A stretch of 64,000 nucleotides of DNA from positions 96,001-160,000 of the forward strand of contig CAVXGR010000012.1 of the NCBI GenBank assembly GCA_963761335.1, read 5' to 3'. The notes under the pieces are model-generated. The model did no database searches and was not told the DNA's origin. It was given only the letters and a program-made list of their open reading frames with translations. This stretch comes from an uncultured delta proteobacterium. GTDB lineage: Bacteria; Desulfobacterota; Binatia; HRBIN30; BPIQ01. Made by a program: the position numbers and the translations under genes. Of this stretch, positions 22,404 through 32,162 are shown piece by piece. How positions within the stretch are numbered: position 1 is the stretch's first letter; each line of letters starts with the position of its first letter.

Positions 22404-23848
22404 TACTTCTCCGAGAGGTAGCGCAGAATGGTGCGCACCGCGAAGCCGCTCGGCCCGGCGGGGTGGCCGGGGAAGGGCTTCTCGGCGACCGCCGTGCTGG
22501 AGAAATCGATGTGCGCCCAGGGAACGTCGCCGACGAACTCGCGCAAGAACAGGCCGCCGATGATGGTACCCGCCTGGCCGCTGCCGGTGTTCTTGATGTC
22601 GGCAATGCCGCTGTCGAGATCGCTGCGATACTCGGGCACCAGCGGCAGCTCCCAGAGCTTCTCGCCGGCGCGCTCGGCGGCGGCGATCAGCGCGCGCGCC
22701 AGCGCCGGCTCGGTCGACATCACCGCCGCGTAGCGCGAGCCCAGGGCGCTGCGCACGGCGGCGGTGAGGGTGGCGAAATCGATGACCACGTCCGGCTTGG
22801 CGCGACAGGCGAACGCCAGCGCATCGGCGAGCACCAGACGGCCTTCGGCGTCGGTGTTGAGCACCTCGATGGTGGTGCCGTTGAGGGCCCGCACCACGTC
22901 TCCCGGCTTGATGGCCGAGCCACTCGGCATGTTCTCGGTCGCCGGCACGTAGCCGCGCACCTCGATGGGAACAGCGAGATCGCGGATGGCGCTCATCACT
23001 CCGAGAACCACGGCCCCACCGGCCATGTCGCGCTTCTGGGACTGCATCGAATCCGCGTTCTTGAGCGACAGGCCGCCGCTGTCGAAGGTGATGCCCTTGC
23101 CCACCAAGGCCACGATGCGGCGCGGCCGCGGCGGGCGATAGACGATCTCGATGAAGCGCGGCGGCTGGACGGTGCCGCGCGCCACGCCGAGAAGGGCTCC
23201 CATCTTTAGGCGGCGGATGGCGCGCTCGTCGTAGACGCGCAGGCGCAGCCGCTGCTGGCGTGCGATGCGGCGGGCCTGCTCGGCGAGGTAGGACGGGGTC
23301 GCCACGTCCGCCGGCAGATTGACCAGATCGCGGGCGTAGCAGGCGGCGCGGGCAAGCAGGCGCCCGCGGGCAATGGCCGCCGCCGCGGCCCGGCCGCCGG
23401 CGCCGAGAAGGGTCACGGAGCGCGGCAGCGCGGCATTCGCCTGCGGCTTCGACTTGAAGCGCTGGAAGGTGTAGGCGGCCAGATCGAGGGTCTCCGCCGC
23501 GATCTCGACCGCGGCCGCGTCGGGCAGGAGCAGCGCCGCGGTGGCGGCACCGAGCTCCCGGGAGCGCTGCACGGTGGCGTCGGCGGCGGCCCGCCATGAG
23601 CCCGCATCGGAAGCGGTGCCGGCGATCACCAGGACGTGGCTCGCCCCGAGAGCCCCGGCGGGGACGGCGCAGAGAACCGCCGGGCCGCCCGGCACCTTGA
23701 AGCGCCTGCGCCGCAGGGCCGGCGCGATGACGCCGCCCGCGGCGCGGTCGATGGCGACAAGCGCCGGGGCGTCGGCCGCGGCGGCGACGACGACCAGCAG
23801 ATCGCAGCGAGCTGCCGCCGGAGCGCGGCGGCTCGAGAGAATATCCAC
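22403..23848 (-). CDS. pepA: Leucyl aminopeptidase (M17)
   Basis: VGKGITFDSGG, KRDMAG, NTDAEGRL, ATLT, WAHID. Confidence 0.94.
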   Translation of the reverse strand: MDILSSRRAPAAARCDLLVVVAAAADAPALVAIDRAAGGVIAPALRRRRFKVPGGPAVLCAVPAGALGASHVLVIAGTASDAGSWRAAADATVQRSRELGAATAALLLPDAAAVEIAAETLDLAAYTFQRFKSKPQANAALPRSVTLLGAGGRAAAAAIARGRLLARAACYARDLVNLPADVATPSYLAEQARRIARQQRLRLRVYDERAIRRLKMGALLGVARGTVQPPRFIEIVYRPPRPRRIVALVGKGITFDSGGLSLKNADSMQSQKRDMAGGAVVLGVMSAIRDLAVPIEVRGYVPATENMPSGSAIKPGDVVRALNGTTIEVLNTDAEGRLVLADALAFACRAKPDVVIDFATLTAAVRSALGSRYAAVMSTEPALARALIAAAERAGEKLWELPLVPEYRSDLDSGIADIKNTGSGQAGTIIGGLFLREFVGDVPWAHIDFSSTAVAEKPFPGHPAGPSGFAVRTILRYLSEK

Positions 23849-23857
23849 GGCGTCTCC

Positions 23858-24160
23858 TCAGCTGGCGGCGTGCCGCTTCAGGTAATCGAGAAGCGTCGAC
23901 ACCTCATCGTCCGTCAGAGGTGGCATGCCGTGTCGGACGATCTCACCTTGCATGCGTTGGACCATCATCTTCCACATCTGGAACTTCATCGACCCCGGCG
24001 CATAGGCACCGTGGCAACCGGTGGCGCAGCGCTCCTTGTAGAGCTTTGCCCCGGGCGAGTCGGGCTCCGGCAGCCTGGTGCAGCCGCCGATGCCGACGAG
24101 CAGAGAAAGGGACGCAGCAACCAGAGCCGCGCCGAAGGCTGGAATGGCGCGCCGCTTCAT
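23858..24160 (-). CDS. Small lipoprotein c-type cytochrome with CX3CH motif
   Basis: Lipobox-like IGGC, GAKLYKERCATGCH, Met-rich segment, LTDDEV..LLDYL; ATGA coupling to upstream gene. Confidence 0.75.
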   Translation of the reverse strand: MKRRAIPAFGAALVAASLSLLVGIGGCTRLPEPDSPGAKLYKERCATGCHGAYAPGSMKFQMWKMMVQRMQGEIVRHGMPPLTDDEVSTLLDYLKRHAAS

Positions 24161-24642
24161 GCTTCGGAACGATAGAAGGCCGCCTGCCCGGGGGTCTCCT
24201 CGACCCCCACCTGCACGGCGCGCAGCTCCTCGACTCCCTGGGCGGCGAGGCGGTGGCGAAGCTCGCCGGCAAGATAGCGGGCGAGCTCCTCGGCCGAGCT
24301 GTGCACGATCGGCAGGAGTATGCAGTCCGCTTCGGGAAAGCGGAACTCTCCCGATTCGGATTCGATGAGCAGCTGAGCGGCGTCGCGCCGGATCTTCAGA
24401 CAGTCGCTGCGGGCCGGAACCAGTACCTTCTCGTCCAGCGAGCTGCACACCTCGCGCGCCATGCGCTTCACCACGCCGAAGTCGACCACGTATCCCTGGG
24501 CGCCGAGAACTCCCTCCACCTCTACCGACACGCGGTAGTTGTGGCCGTGGAGGGCCTCGCGAAAACCTCGGTAGGCGATGAAGTGCGCCGCGGAGAACTT
24601 GAGATAATCCTTGGTGACGAAGACCTTGAACGATTCGCGCAC
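24157..24642 (-). CDS. 6-pyruvoyl-tetrahydropterin synthase family, PTPS-III type
   Basis: FSAAHF, REALHGHNY (ExxHGH), VVDFG, SAEELA, VEET. Confidence 0.88.
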   Translation of the reverse strand: MRESFKVFVTKDYLKFSAAHFIAYRGFREALHGHNYRVSVEVEGVLGAQGYVVDFGVVKRMAREVCSSLDEKVLVPARSDCLKIRRDAAQLLIESESGEFRFPEADCILLPIVHSSAEELARYLAGELRHRLAAQGVEELRAVQVGVEETPGQAAFYRSEA

Positions 24643-24737
24643 GACCAACAGCAATGCCGGGTCGCGCGGCGATCCGCAAGAGGCGAGAAGCGATCGGCGC
24701 GGGTGGAGGGGCCGTTGAGGCCGCTCCACTCGCGGCT

Positions 24738-24992
24738 TCAGGCGGACTTCGCCAGTTGCACGCCGAGGAGCTCAGGCGGAAACTGCGCCTCGGCCGCCAA
24801 TACTTCCATCGCCTTGCGCGCCAGCCGACTGGGAATGATGTGGCCGTTCTCCCAGCGATTGACGGTGGAGACGGTTACGCCGATCGCATGCGCAAACTCC
24901 TCCTGGGTCATGTTCAGCTTTCTGCGGAGCGCGGCGATGGCCACTCCCTGGTGCCTCTGGTCAACCCGATCGGCGGTGATCTCGACTGACAT
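24738..24992 (-). CDS. XRE-family HTH regulator
   Basis: LRRKLNMTQEEFAHAIGVTVSTVNRWENG; GGAGG SD. Confidence 0.9.
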   Translation of the reverse strand: MSVEITADRVDQRHQGVAIAALRRKLNMTQEEFAHAIGVTVSTVNRWENGHIIPSRLARKAMEVLAAEAQFPPELLGVQLAKSA

Positions 24993-25057
24993 TCAAACCT
25001 CCTGCAAGCTTCGTCCGAGCGCTCCGTCGCGGAGGCTCCTCTTACAGCAGTGCGCTG

Positions 25058-25073
25058 AGCACGGCACGTGCCA
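25058..25073 (-). promoter_or_regulatory. sigma54 -24/-12 promoter
   Basis: TGGCACGTGCCGTGCT with exact GG-N10-GC spacing upstream of the XRE gene. Confidence 0.65.
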
Positions 25074-25187
25074 GTTGACACGGACTCTGGCGCGAAGAGG
25101 CTTGAAGCGGTCTCGGGGGAGCAGGGGAGATTTGGCGGCAAATTCATGACGCTCTTTTGCCTGTTCTGTGTCGTTTGACCTTGCAAA

Positions 25188-25296
25188 AGCCGGCGGCTTT
25201 CGACAATCATACCCGAACACAGCCCAATCTAGGCTGCCGAGAGGCGGGTAAACTCTTTCAACCCGACCCGTTCGCGTACTCGCTGGCTCAAGGAAG
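25188..25296 (+). ncRNA. Candidate structured leader resembling a divergent c-di-AMP (ydaO) riboswitch
   Basis: GGGT-AAACTCTTTCA-ACCC-GACCCGTT...GGAAG pseudoknot-like 3' half, GCC-GAGA-GGC tetraloop, AGCCGGCG/CGCTGGCT closing stem; upstream of rlpA. Confidence 0.4.
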
Positions 25297-25411
25297 CCTT
25301 CCTCTACCCGGCTGAGCGACTCTTCTCTCAGCCGTGCCGTGGAGGACGCGCCTCCTTCGACGCGATAGCCATTCCCCGGCGCCGGCGACCGGACCAACGG
25401 AGGAAAACCCC

Positions 25412-25909
25412 ATGCCACAGGCACGACAAAGCGCTCGCGTTGCCGCGATCATCCTGACGATGAGCATGGCTCTCTTCTGGCCCGCCCCGCCGGTGCTCGC
25501 AAAGAAGGCGCCGCTGCACAGTGCTGCCGTGCGGGGAAAGAGGTTCGTGGCGAAGGCCTCCTGGTACGGCCGAGAGTTCGAGAAGCGGGCGACGGCCAGC
25601 GGCAGGGCCTTCCGCAGCAAGGAGCTCACCTGCGCCCACCGCAGTCTGCCCTTCGGCACCGACCTGCGGATCACCAACCTCGCCAACGGCCGCACCGTGG
25701 TGGTGCGCATTACCGACCGGGGTCCGTATGTCCCGGGGCGCGACCTCGACCTTTCCTTTGAGGCGGCGCGCCGCCTGGGAATGCTCGACGCCGGGGTCGC
25801 CCGGGTCGAGGCGGAGCTGCTTCCCAAGGTGGCGGAGAGATCGCCGATCCCGGTCGCCCTGGTGACCTCGCCGCTCGGCTTGCTGCGCGCCCGCGCCGTC
25901 ACCCGCTGA
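25412..25909 (+). CDS. rlpA: RlpA-family (DPBB) lytic transglycosylase
   Basis: ASWYG..TASG..LTCAHRSLPFGT..VRITDRGPY..DLSFEAA; signal peptide; GGAGG SD. Confidence 0.92.
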   Translation: MPQARQSARVAAIILTMSMALFWPAPPVLAKKAPLHSAAVRGKRFVAKASWYGREFEKRATASGRAFRSKELTCAHRSLPFGTDLRITNLANGRTVVVRITDRGPYVPGRDLDLSFEAARRLGMLDAGVARVEAELLPKVAERSPIPVALVTSPLGLLRARAVTR

Positions 25910-25931
25910 CGCTGCGCGCCTTGCCGCCGGC

Positions 25932-26369
25932 TCAGCTCTCGGCGCCGGACTTGTCGGAGCTGCTCGCGGGCGAGGCGGCGGACTTTGCTGTCAGCTGCCG
26001 CTCCAGCTGGCTGATGCGGCGATTGAGCGTCTGCAGCTCCTGGCGGGACGGCAGGTCGAGCCGGCGGAGCAACGGATTGATCCGCTTCGAGGCTTCCTTT
26101 TCCAGGGTCGAGAGGAATCTCTCGGCGCGCGACTCCATGTCCTTGGTGGCCCGGTCGGCGCGTTTCTCCAAGTCGTCGCGGAGCCGCGTTGCTTGCGACA
26201 GCAGGCGGTCGACAGCGCGGCGCTGATCCTTGGTGATCAGTGTCGAGGCCTGCTTCTGGGTGCGCCGCAGAAGGCTCTCGGCTTCCTTCTGCAGGCGCTT
26301 CATGTTCGTCTGTAGACGAGTGATCGCCTGTTCCGAGCCCCGCTTCGATTTCGTCTTCCGCTTCGCCAT
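25932..26369 (-). CDS. Phasin/PHA granule-associated-like coiled-coil protein
   Basis: Helical; C-terminal LRRLDLPSRQELQTLNRRISQLE typical of PhaF/PhaI-like proteins. Confidence 0.65.
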   Translation of the reverse strand: MAKRKTKSKRGSEQAITRLQTNMKRLQKEAESLLRRTQKQASTLITKDQRRAVDRLLSQATRLRDDLEKRADRATKDMESRAERFLSTLEKEASKRINPLLRRLDLPSRQELQTLNRRISQLERQLTAKSAASPASSSDKSGAES

Positions 26370-26592
26370 CGATTTCCCCTTTACTCTATCTGTAGCGTGA
26401 GCCCTGGCGGGTTGGCAAGCCCGTATTCGCGTGTGGGGCTCCCGAGGGCCCGCCCGGGGGATAGGGCGTTGTCGACGACGTTGTCGACGACGCTGTTGAC
26501 GTCTGCCCACCGGATTCGGCATGATGCGCTGGTTTTCGTCCAAGCGGCCGGGCGTCAGGAGCAGACTCGAGGAAATGGGTTGGGGGAACCGT

Positions 26593-29025
26593 ATGAGCGC
26601 GGCCGTCCTCGTCGCCGTGGCTCTGATGGGGCCCGCCGCGACAGTGCGGAGCGCCGCAGCGCAGTGCGGGGAAGGTGAGGGCGGTTTTTCGACGCTGCTC
26701 GAGTCGCTGTTCAACACCGGCGGCAGTGATCCCAACTGCGACGGCGTCCCCTCGGCCGCCGACGTCATCGCCCTGGTGCAGCAGATGGCGCGGCCGTTCA
26801 CGCCCACGGAGACCACCATACCCACCGTGACGCCGACCCCGCAGCCGGGACCGGCGATCGTCTTCTTCGGGCTCGCTGCCGCCGACGGACAGCTGCAGAG
26901 CCCCTTTGCCTCCACCGAGGACGGCGTCCCCATCTACCAGCGCTCCACCGGTCTCGGCTTCCGCGTGGTCGTCGAGGCCGCACCCGGGCCCAACGGCGCT
27001 GCGGTCGGCGAGTCTCTGCTGGTGCCCGAAGGCCGACCCGATCTGCAGATCGAGTCGACGGAGCCCCTCGGGGATGGCAGTGCGGCAGTCTGCGACGGTG
27101 GGGTGCCGGCGGTGAACCCACCCGACTTCGGCGCTGGCGGGGAGGTCGATGCGGCGCTCAACGACCTTGCCTGCCGCTTCCGCGGCGTCACCAACTCCCG
27201 CCTGAGCTGTGTCGTCGACGCCTTCTCGCGCACCAGCTTCGCCTCGCCCGATACGCGCATACAGTTCTGCGCCCTCTTCGACAGCCTGCTGGCCGTTCCC
27301 GTCGGCGAGACGGCGCTGACTGTACAAGTCGCCGACGTGAACGGCGTGCTCGGGGATCGGCGGCAGCTGATTCTGCGCGCCGGGCTGCCGATCCAGCCGA
27401 CGGCGACCTTCTCGCCGACGCCATCTTCGACGGCGACGCCGAGCCGCACGCCCAGCATCACGCCGACCGGCCAGCCAACTTCGACCGCCACCATCTCGCG
27501 GACGCCCACGCATACGGCGACCCCCACGCATACGCAGAGCCCGCCTCCCTCGCCGACGCGCAGCAACTCCCCCACCGCTGTGCCCACCGCGACCGGCTCG
27601 CGATCTCCGAGCCCGACGGCGACGCGAACGCCGACGGTGACCAGAACCGCGACAATCACCCATACGGCGACCATCACGCCGACGGCGACCGCGACCACCA
27701 CCGGGTCACAGCCGCCGACGCACACACCTTCGCACACGCCGACGGCAACGCGCAGCGCCACGCCAACAGTCACGGCGACGGGCACCCGTCCGTTGACCTT
27801 CACCCCGACGTTGACACCGACCGATGCCATCCCGCCGACGAGCACCAAAACGCCCACCAGGACGTCGACGCCGACACGCACGGTGGTCGCCGATACGGCC
27901 ACCCCGCGACTGACGTTCACGCCGACGGTGACGCCGACCGTGACGGCCACCTTCCGCCTCTCGCCGACACCGACGCGGACACCGACGATCACCCTGAGCC
28001 CGACCTCGACCACGCGTCCGACCCTGACCCCCACGCCGAGCACGACGCGGACGCCGACGCGCACGCCGACGATCACGCGCACGGCGAGCGCCTCGGTTAC
28101 CCCGACTCAGCCGCCGACGCTGACCTCGACGCGAACCTCGACGCCGACGCGTACGCCGACGCGCACGCCGACATCCACGAAGACGGGCACCAACACCAGC
28201 ACGCCGACACCGACGCGCACGGCGACGCGCACCAGCACGGCCACGGCCACGCCGACGGTGACCATGACAGCCACGGTCACTCCCACTCCCAGCGTGACGC
28301 CGACGCCGACCACGACGCGGACGGCAACGGCGACGGGAACGGTGACGCAGACCCGCACGGCAACGGCGACGCCGACGGTGACGCCGACGCCGACGATCAC
28401 CCGCACGCCGTCGCCCACCCCGCCTCCCGGACCGCGAATCACCTTCTTCGGCATCGCCGACGCCGACGGCAAGCTCACCGATCCGACCGGCACCACGGCC
28501 GAGGGCATTCCCTTCTACGATCGTCCGCTCGGCTTCGGCTTCATCATCGTCGTCGAGTCCCGACGCGGCGGCGACAACTCCAAGCCCGGGGACTCGACCT
28601 ACAACTACTCGCCTTTCGATCCGGCCGTCCGCCCCGATCTGCAGATCATTGCCAGCAAACCCCTCGGCACCAACCCGACGACCGTCGTCTGCGACAACAC
28701 GCTGCCAAACTACGGCGGGGTGCCGGCGGTCGACCCGGTGGACTTCTCGGTCACCCAGCCCATATCCGACGCCCTGAACGACCTCGGCTGCCGCTTCGTC
28801 AACGGCACCGGTGAGATGAAGGGCCGCTCCTCGGCCGAGGCCTGCGTGCTGAAATCGGATGGCCAGCTGAGCTTCGTGGTGCAACAGTCCGAGGTGCAAT
28901 TCTGCGCCACGGTTCCCAAGCTCCTCGCCTTTCCGCAGGGAGACACCTTGCTCACCGTACGCGTCGCCAACATTGCCGGAATCACCGGTGAGGTGAAGCA
29001 GATCATCCTGCGTTCGCAGAGCTGA
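26593..29025 (+). CDS. Secreted protein: dockerin-like loop, two homologous Cys-containing domains, ~345-aa Thr/Pro linker
   Basis: Signal peptide, DPNCDGVPSAAD, duplicated PGPxIxFFG..RPDLQI..VCD..GGVPAV..ALNDLxCRF..QFCA..LTVxVA..QxILR. Confidence 0.85.
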   Translation: MSAAVLVAVALMGPAATVRSAAAQCGEGEGGFSTLLESLFNTGGSDPNCDGVPSAADVIALVQQMARPFTPTETTIPTVTPTPQPGPAIVFFGLAAADGQLQSPFASTEDGVPIYQRSTGLGFRVVVEAAPGPNGAAVGESLLVPEGRPDLQIESTEPLGDGSAAVCDGGVPAVNPPDFGAGGEVDAALNDLACRFRGVTNSRLSCVVDAFSRTSFASPDTRIQFCALFDSLLAVPVGETALTVQVADVNGVLGDRRQLILRAGLPIQPTATFSPTPSSTATPSRTPSITPTGQPTSTATISRTPTHTATPTHTQSPPPSPTRSNSPTAVPTATGSRSPSPTATRTPTVTRTATITHTATITPTATATTTGSQPPTHTPSHTPTATRSATPTVTATGTRPLTFTPTLTPTDAIPPTSTKTPTRTSTPTRTVVADTATPRLTFTPTVTPTVTATFRLSPTPTRTPTITLSPTSTTRPTLTPTPSTTRTPTRTPTITRTASASVTPTQPPTLTSTRTSTPTRTPTRTPTSTKTGTNTSTPTPTRTATRTSTATATPTVTMTATVTPTPSVTPTPTTTRTATATGTVTQTRTATATPTVTPTPTITRTPSPTPPPGPRITFFGIADADGKLTDPTGTTAEGIPFYDRPLGFGFIIVVESRRGGDNSKPGDSTYNYSPFDPAVRPDLQIIASKPLGTNPTTVVCDNTLPNYGGVPAVDPVDFSVTQPISDALNDLGCRFVNGTGEMKGRSSAEACVLKSDGQLSFVVQQSEVQFCATVPKLLAFPQGDTLLTVRVANIAGITGEVKQIILRSQS

Positions 29026-29097
29026 GGCCGCGCCGCAATCGATCTTCGCCAGCGGTGGTGATAGTCTCCGGCGCGCTGCCCGAGGCAGCATGAAGAC

Positions 29098-29253
29098 ATG
29101 CAGTACGTTTGCGGCAACTGTGGCGCTGTGTTCCCGACTCTGCCGTTTGAGGGGCGCTGTCCCCGATGCGACAACGTCGTGCGGCCTGAGTCCGATTCGC
29201 ACGAGCCGCGCGAACGACAGCCGGAGCCGGGCCCGGCCAAGAAGCAGAGCTGA
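29098..29253 (+). CDS. 51-aa zinc-ribbon microprotein (not in ORF track)
   Basis: MQYVCGNCGAVFPTLPFEGRCPRCDNVVRPESDSHEPRERQPEPGPAKKQS*. Confidence 0.6.
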   Translation: MQYVCGNCGAVFPTLPFEGRCPRCDNVVRPESDSHEPRERQPEPGPAKKQS

Positions 29254-29256
29254 GCG

Positions 29257-29925
29257 CCGCTACGCGGCGGCGGAATTCGCCGCGCCAGAGCGGTGCTGCG
29301 GGCGCTCACCGAGGCCGCGGATCGGCGGGGCATCACCCGACTTTCGGCCCGGCGGGTGGTCGCTCTCGAGCGCGCCGGCAGCCGCATCGAGTCGCTGCGT
29401 CTCGAAGACGGCGGACGGGTGTCGGCGGCCGCCACGGTGATTGCCGCCGGCTGGTGGACGACTGGCCTGCTGGCGCCGCTCGGGGCGCGGTTGCCGGTGC
29501 GCCCGGCGCGCGGCCAGCTGCTCGCCGTCGAGCTTCGCGTCTCGCCGCCGCCGACCCTTCTCGCCTGCGGCGAGACGCTGCTGATCCCGCGTCCCGGGGA
29601 TCGGATGTGGATCGGCAGCTCGGTCGAGTACGGGGCCGATCCGCAGCCGACGGCAACGGCGCGACAGCGCCTCCTGGGCGGCGCCGCGGCACTGATTCCA
29701 GCGCTGGAGACCGCTCCCATCGTCGGCGAATGGACCGGCATCCGGCCCTGCTCGAGCGTGCATCGGCCGATCGTCGATCGCATCCCCGGGCTCGAGCGGG
29801 CCTTCGTCGCCACCGGCCACCACCGCCGCGGATATCTTCTGGCTCCGATCACGGCAGCGGCGGTGGCCGCCATGGTCCTCGGCGAGCCGCCGCCGATCCC
29901 CATGCGGCCGCTCTGCTGGCGGTAA
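29257..29925 (+). pseudogene. C-terminal part of glycine oxidase/DAO-family oxidoreductase (ThiO-like), N-terminal FAD-binding region missing
   Basis: VIAAGWW, PVRPARGQ, WTGIRP, ATGHHRRGYLLAP; no GxGxxG upstream; apparent frameshift near 29290. Confidence 0.7.
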
Positions 29926-30010
29926 CCGCCGAGAGCGCAGAGGAAGAAGAGAGCGCCGAGAGGGGAATCGCGGAGGTGCAGAGCGGAAGGAAAGGGCGCT
30001 GAGGCGACTC

Positions 30011-30661
30011 TCAGGTACGGCTGCGCTCCGCCGCGGCTCGGAGCCGCGCGAACACGGCGCCGGGATCAGCGGCGGCGCAGATGGCGCCGATCATGGCGAC
30101 GCTGTCGGCGCCGGCATCGAGAATTCCAGGGACCGCATCGGCGACAATGCCGCCGATGGCAGCAATCGGCAGGCGGGTGAGGGGGCGCACGCATCGCAGG
30201 CCCTCGACTCCCTGCACGGGGTCGGGCCGCTCCTTGTTGCGGGTGGCGAAGATCGGACCGAAGCCGATGTAGTCGATCCCCGACATCCGCTCGGCGGCGC
30301 GCACCTGCTCGGCGTCGTGGGTCGACCAGCCGATGATCGCCTGCGGCCCGAGGATGCGGCGGGCGTCCGCGGGCGACAGGTCCTGCTGCCCGAGATGCAC
30401 GCCGGCGGCGCCGGCGGCCAGGGCGATGTCGGCGCGGTCGTTGATGAGCAGCCGGGCCGCATGCGCGTCGGCGCGGCGACGCAGCTCGAGCGCCACCTCC
30501 AGCACCTCCTGCGTGGGCCGATCCTTCATGCGCAGCTGGATCAACGGCGCGCCGGCGGCCAGGAGTGCAGCCGCCAGCTCGACGGCGCGGTGCGGGGGGC
30601 CGCCCAGTGGATCGACGATCGGGTAGATGCGCGCCGGGAAGCGGAAGCCGAGGGACGACAC
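30011..30661 (-). CDS. thiE: Thiamine-phosphate synthase
   Basis: IQLRMK, INDRAD, GVHLGQQD, IGWSTH, DYIGFGPIFAT, AIGGI. Confidence 0.93.
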   Translation of the reverse strand: MSSLGFRFPARIYPIVDPLGGPPHRAVELAAALLAAGAPLIQLRMKDRPTQEVLEVALELRRRADAHAARLLINDRADIALAAGAAGVHLGQQDLSPADARRILGPQAIIGWSTHDAEQVRAAERMSGIDYIGFGPIFATRNKERPDPVQGVEGLRCVRPLTRLPIAAIGGIVADAVPGILDAGADSVAMIGAICAAADPGAVFARLRAAAERSRT

Positions 30662-30689
30662 GGCCGGGGACGGGCAGGGCGGCCCCCGC

Positions 30690-32162
30690 TCAGGGCTCGC
30701 CCCCCTGCGGCTCCTCGGACGCCGGCCGGCGTTTCAGATCGATCTTGAGCTGGGTGATTTTCTTCCGCAGCGTGTTGCGATTGATCCCCAGGATGGACGA
30801 CGCCTTCAGCTGGTTGCCGTGGGCGCGCTCGAGGGCAAGCTCGATCAGCGGGCGCTCGACGCGCTCCATCACCACCGCATAGAGGTCGTGCTCCTCGACT
30901 CCGCCGGTGCGGCGGAAGTACTCCGCCAGCTTGAGGCGCACGATGTCCTCCAGCGAGAGACCGTCGTACCCGGGTGCCGGCGCCTCACTCGACAGCGAGA
31001 AGTCGCTCGGCAGAAGGGTTCGCCCCGGGGCGAGAACCGCGGCGCGCACCAGCGTGTTCTCCAGCTCGCGCACATTCCCGGGCCAGCCGTACTTCAGCAA
31101 CAGCTGCTGCGCCGCCGGCGACAGCCCGGTGATCTCGGTTCCCATGTCGCGGTTTACCTTCTCCAGGAAGTACTGAATCAGCTCGGGGATGTCTTCGCGC
31201 CGCTCGCGCAGCGGCGGCACGCGGATGGGAACCACGTTCAGGCGGAAGAACAGGTCCTCGCGGAAGCGGCTCTGAGAGATGGCGCGCTCCAGCTCCTGGT
31301 TGGTGGCGGCGACGATGCGGCAGTCGACCTTGAGGACCTCATGGCCGCCGACCCGAGTGAGCTCGCGCTCCTGCAGCACGCGCAGCAGCTTCGCCTGCAG
31401 GTCGAGCGGCATGTCGCCGATCTCGTCGAGGAACAGCGTCCCGCCGCAGGCCGCCTCGAACTTTCCGGGCCGCTGCTCGAGGGCGCCGGTGAAGGCGCCC
31501 TTCTCGTAGCCGAACAGCTCGCTCTCGAGAAGGTCGCGGGGCACCGCCGAGCAGTTGAGGGCGATGAACGGCCCGCTCCAGCGCGCCGAGTGGTAGTGCA
31601 GGGCCTTGGCGATGAGCTCCTTGCCGGTGCCGCTCTCTCCCTGGATGAGCGCGGTGACGTCGGTGCGCGCCACGCGGCCGATCGTCTTGTAGATCTCCTG
31701 CATCGGAGCCGAGCGGCCGACGATCTCGACGCCCAGCTCGAAGCGCCGCCGCATCTCGTGCTCCAGCCGGCGCAGGTCGCGCGACAGCCGCTGCACCTCG
31801 AGAGCGCGCTGCACCAGGGCGGTGACCTCGTCGATGTCGAAGGGCTTGGTGATGTAGTCGTAGGCGCCGCGCTTCATCGCGTCGATGGCGTTCTTCATGG
31901 TGTTTTGCGCCGTCATGATGATGATCGGCGTGGACACCCCCGCTTCGCGCGCCCGCGTCAGCAGGTCCAGGCCCTCGACTCCCGGCATCTTGATGTCGAC
32001 GAAGGCCACGTCGACGGGGCGCGCCTGCAACTCCTCGAGAGCCGCGGCGCCGTTGTCGACGGCCGTCACCGCGTGGCCGGCCTGCTCGAGAGCGCGCGCC
32101 AACACGAAGCGGATCGATTCCTCGTCGTCGGCGACGAGGATCTTGCCGGTGTCCTGAGCCAT
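30690..32162 (-). CDS. NtrC-like sigma54-dependent response regulator
   Basis: [36 protein letters not shown], Fis [14 protein letters not shown]. Confidence 0.93.
   Translation of the reverse strand: MAQDTGKILVADDEESIRFVLARALEQAGHAVTAVDNGAAALEELQARPVDVAFVDIKMPGVEGLDLLTRAREAGVSTPIIIMTAQNTMKNAIDAMKRGAYDYITKPFDIDEVTALVQRALEVQRLSRDLRRLEHEMRRRFELGVEIVGRSAPMQEIYKTIGRVARTDVTALIQGESGTGKELIAKALHYHSARWSGPFIALNCSAVPRDLLESELFGYEKGAFTGALEQRPGKFEAACGGTLFLDEIGDMPLDLQAKLLRVLQERELTRVGGHEVLKVDCRIVAATNQELERAISQSRFREDLFFRLNVVPIRVPPLRERREDIPELIQYFLEKVNRDMGTEITGLSPAAQQLLLKYGWPGNVRELENTLVRAAVLAPGRTLLPSDFSLSSEAPAPGYDGLSLEDIVRLKLAEYFRRTGGVEEHDLYAVVMERVERPLIELALERAHGNQLKASSILGINRNTLRKKITQLKIDLKRRPASEEPQGGEP

Noticed and set aside
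26467..26497. Tandem CGTTGTCGACGA 12-mer upstream of the dumbbell protein
   Set aside because: Only ~2.5 copies; could be an operator but nothing else supports it
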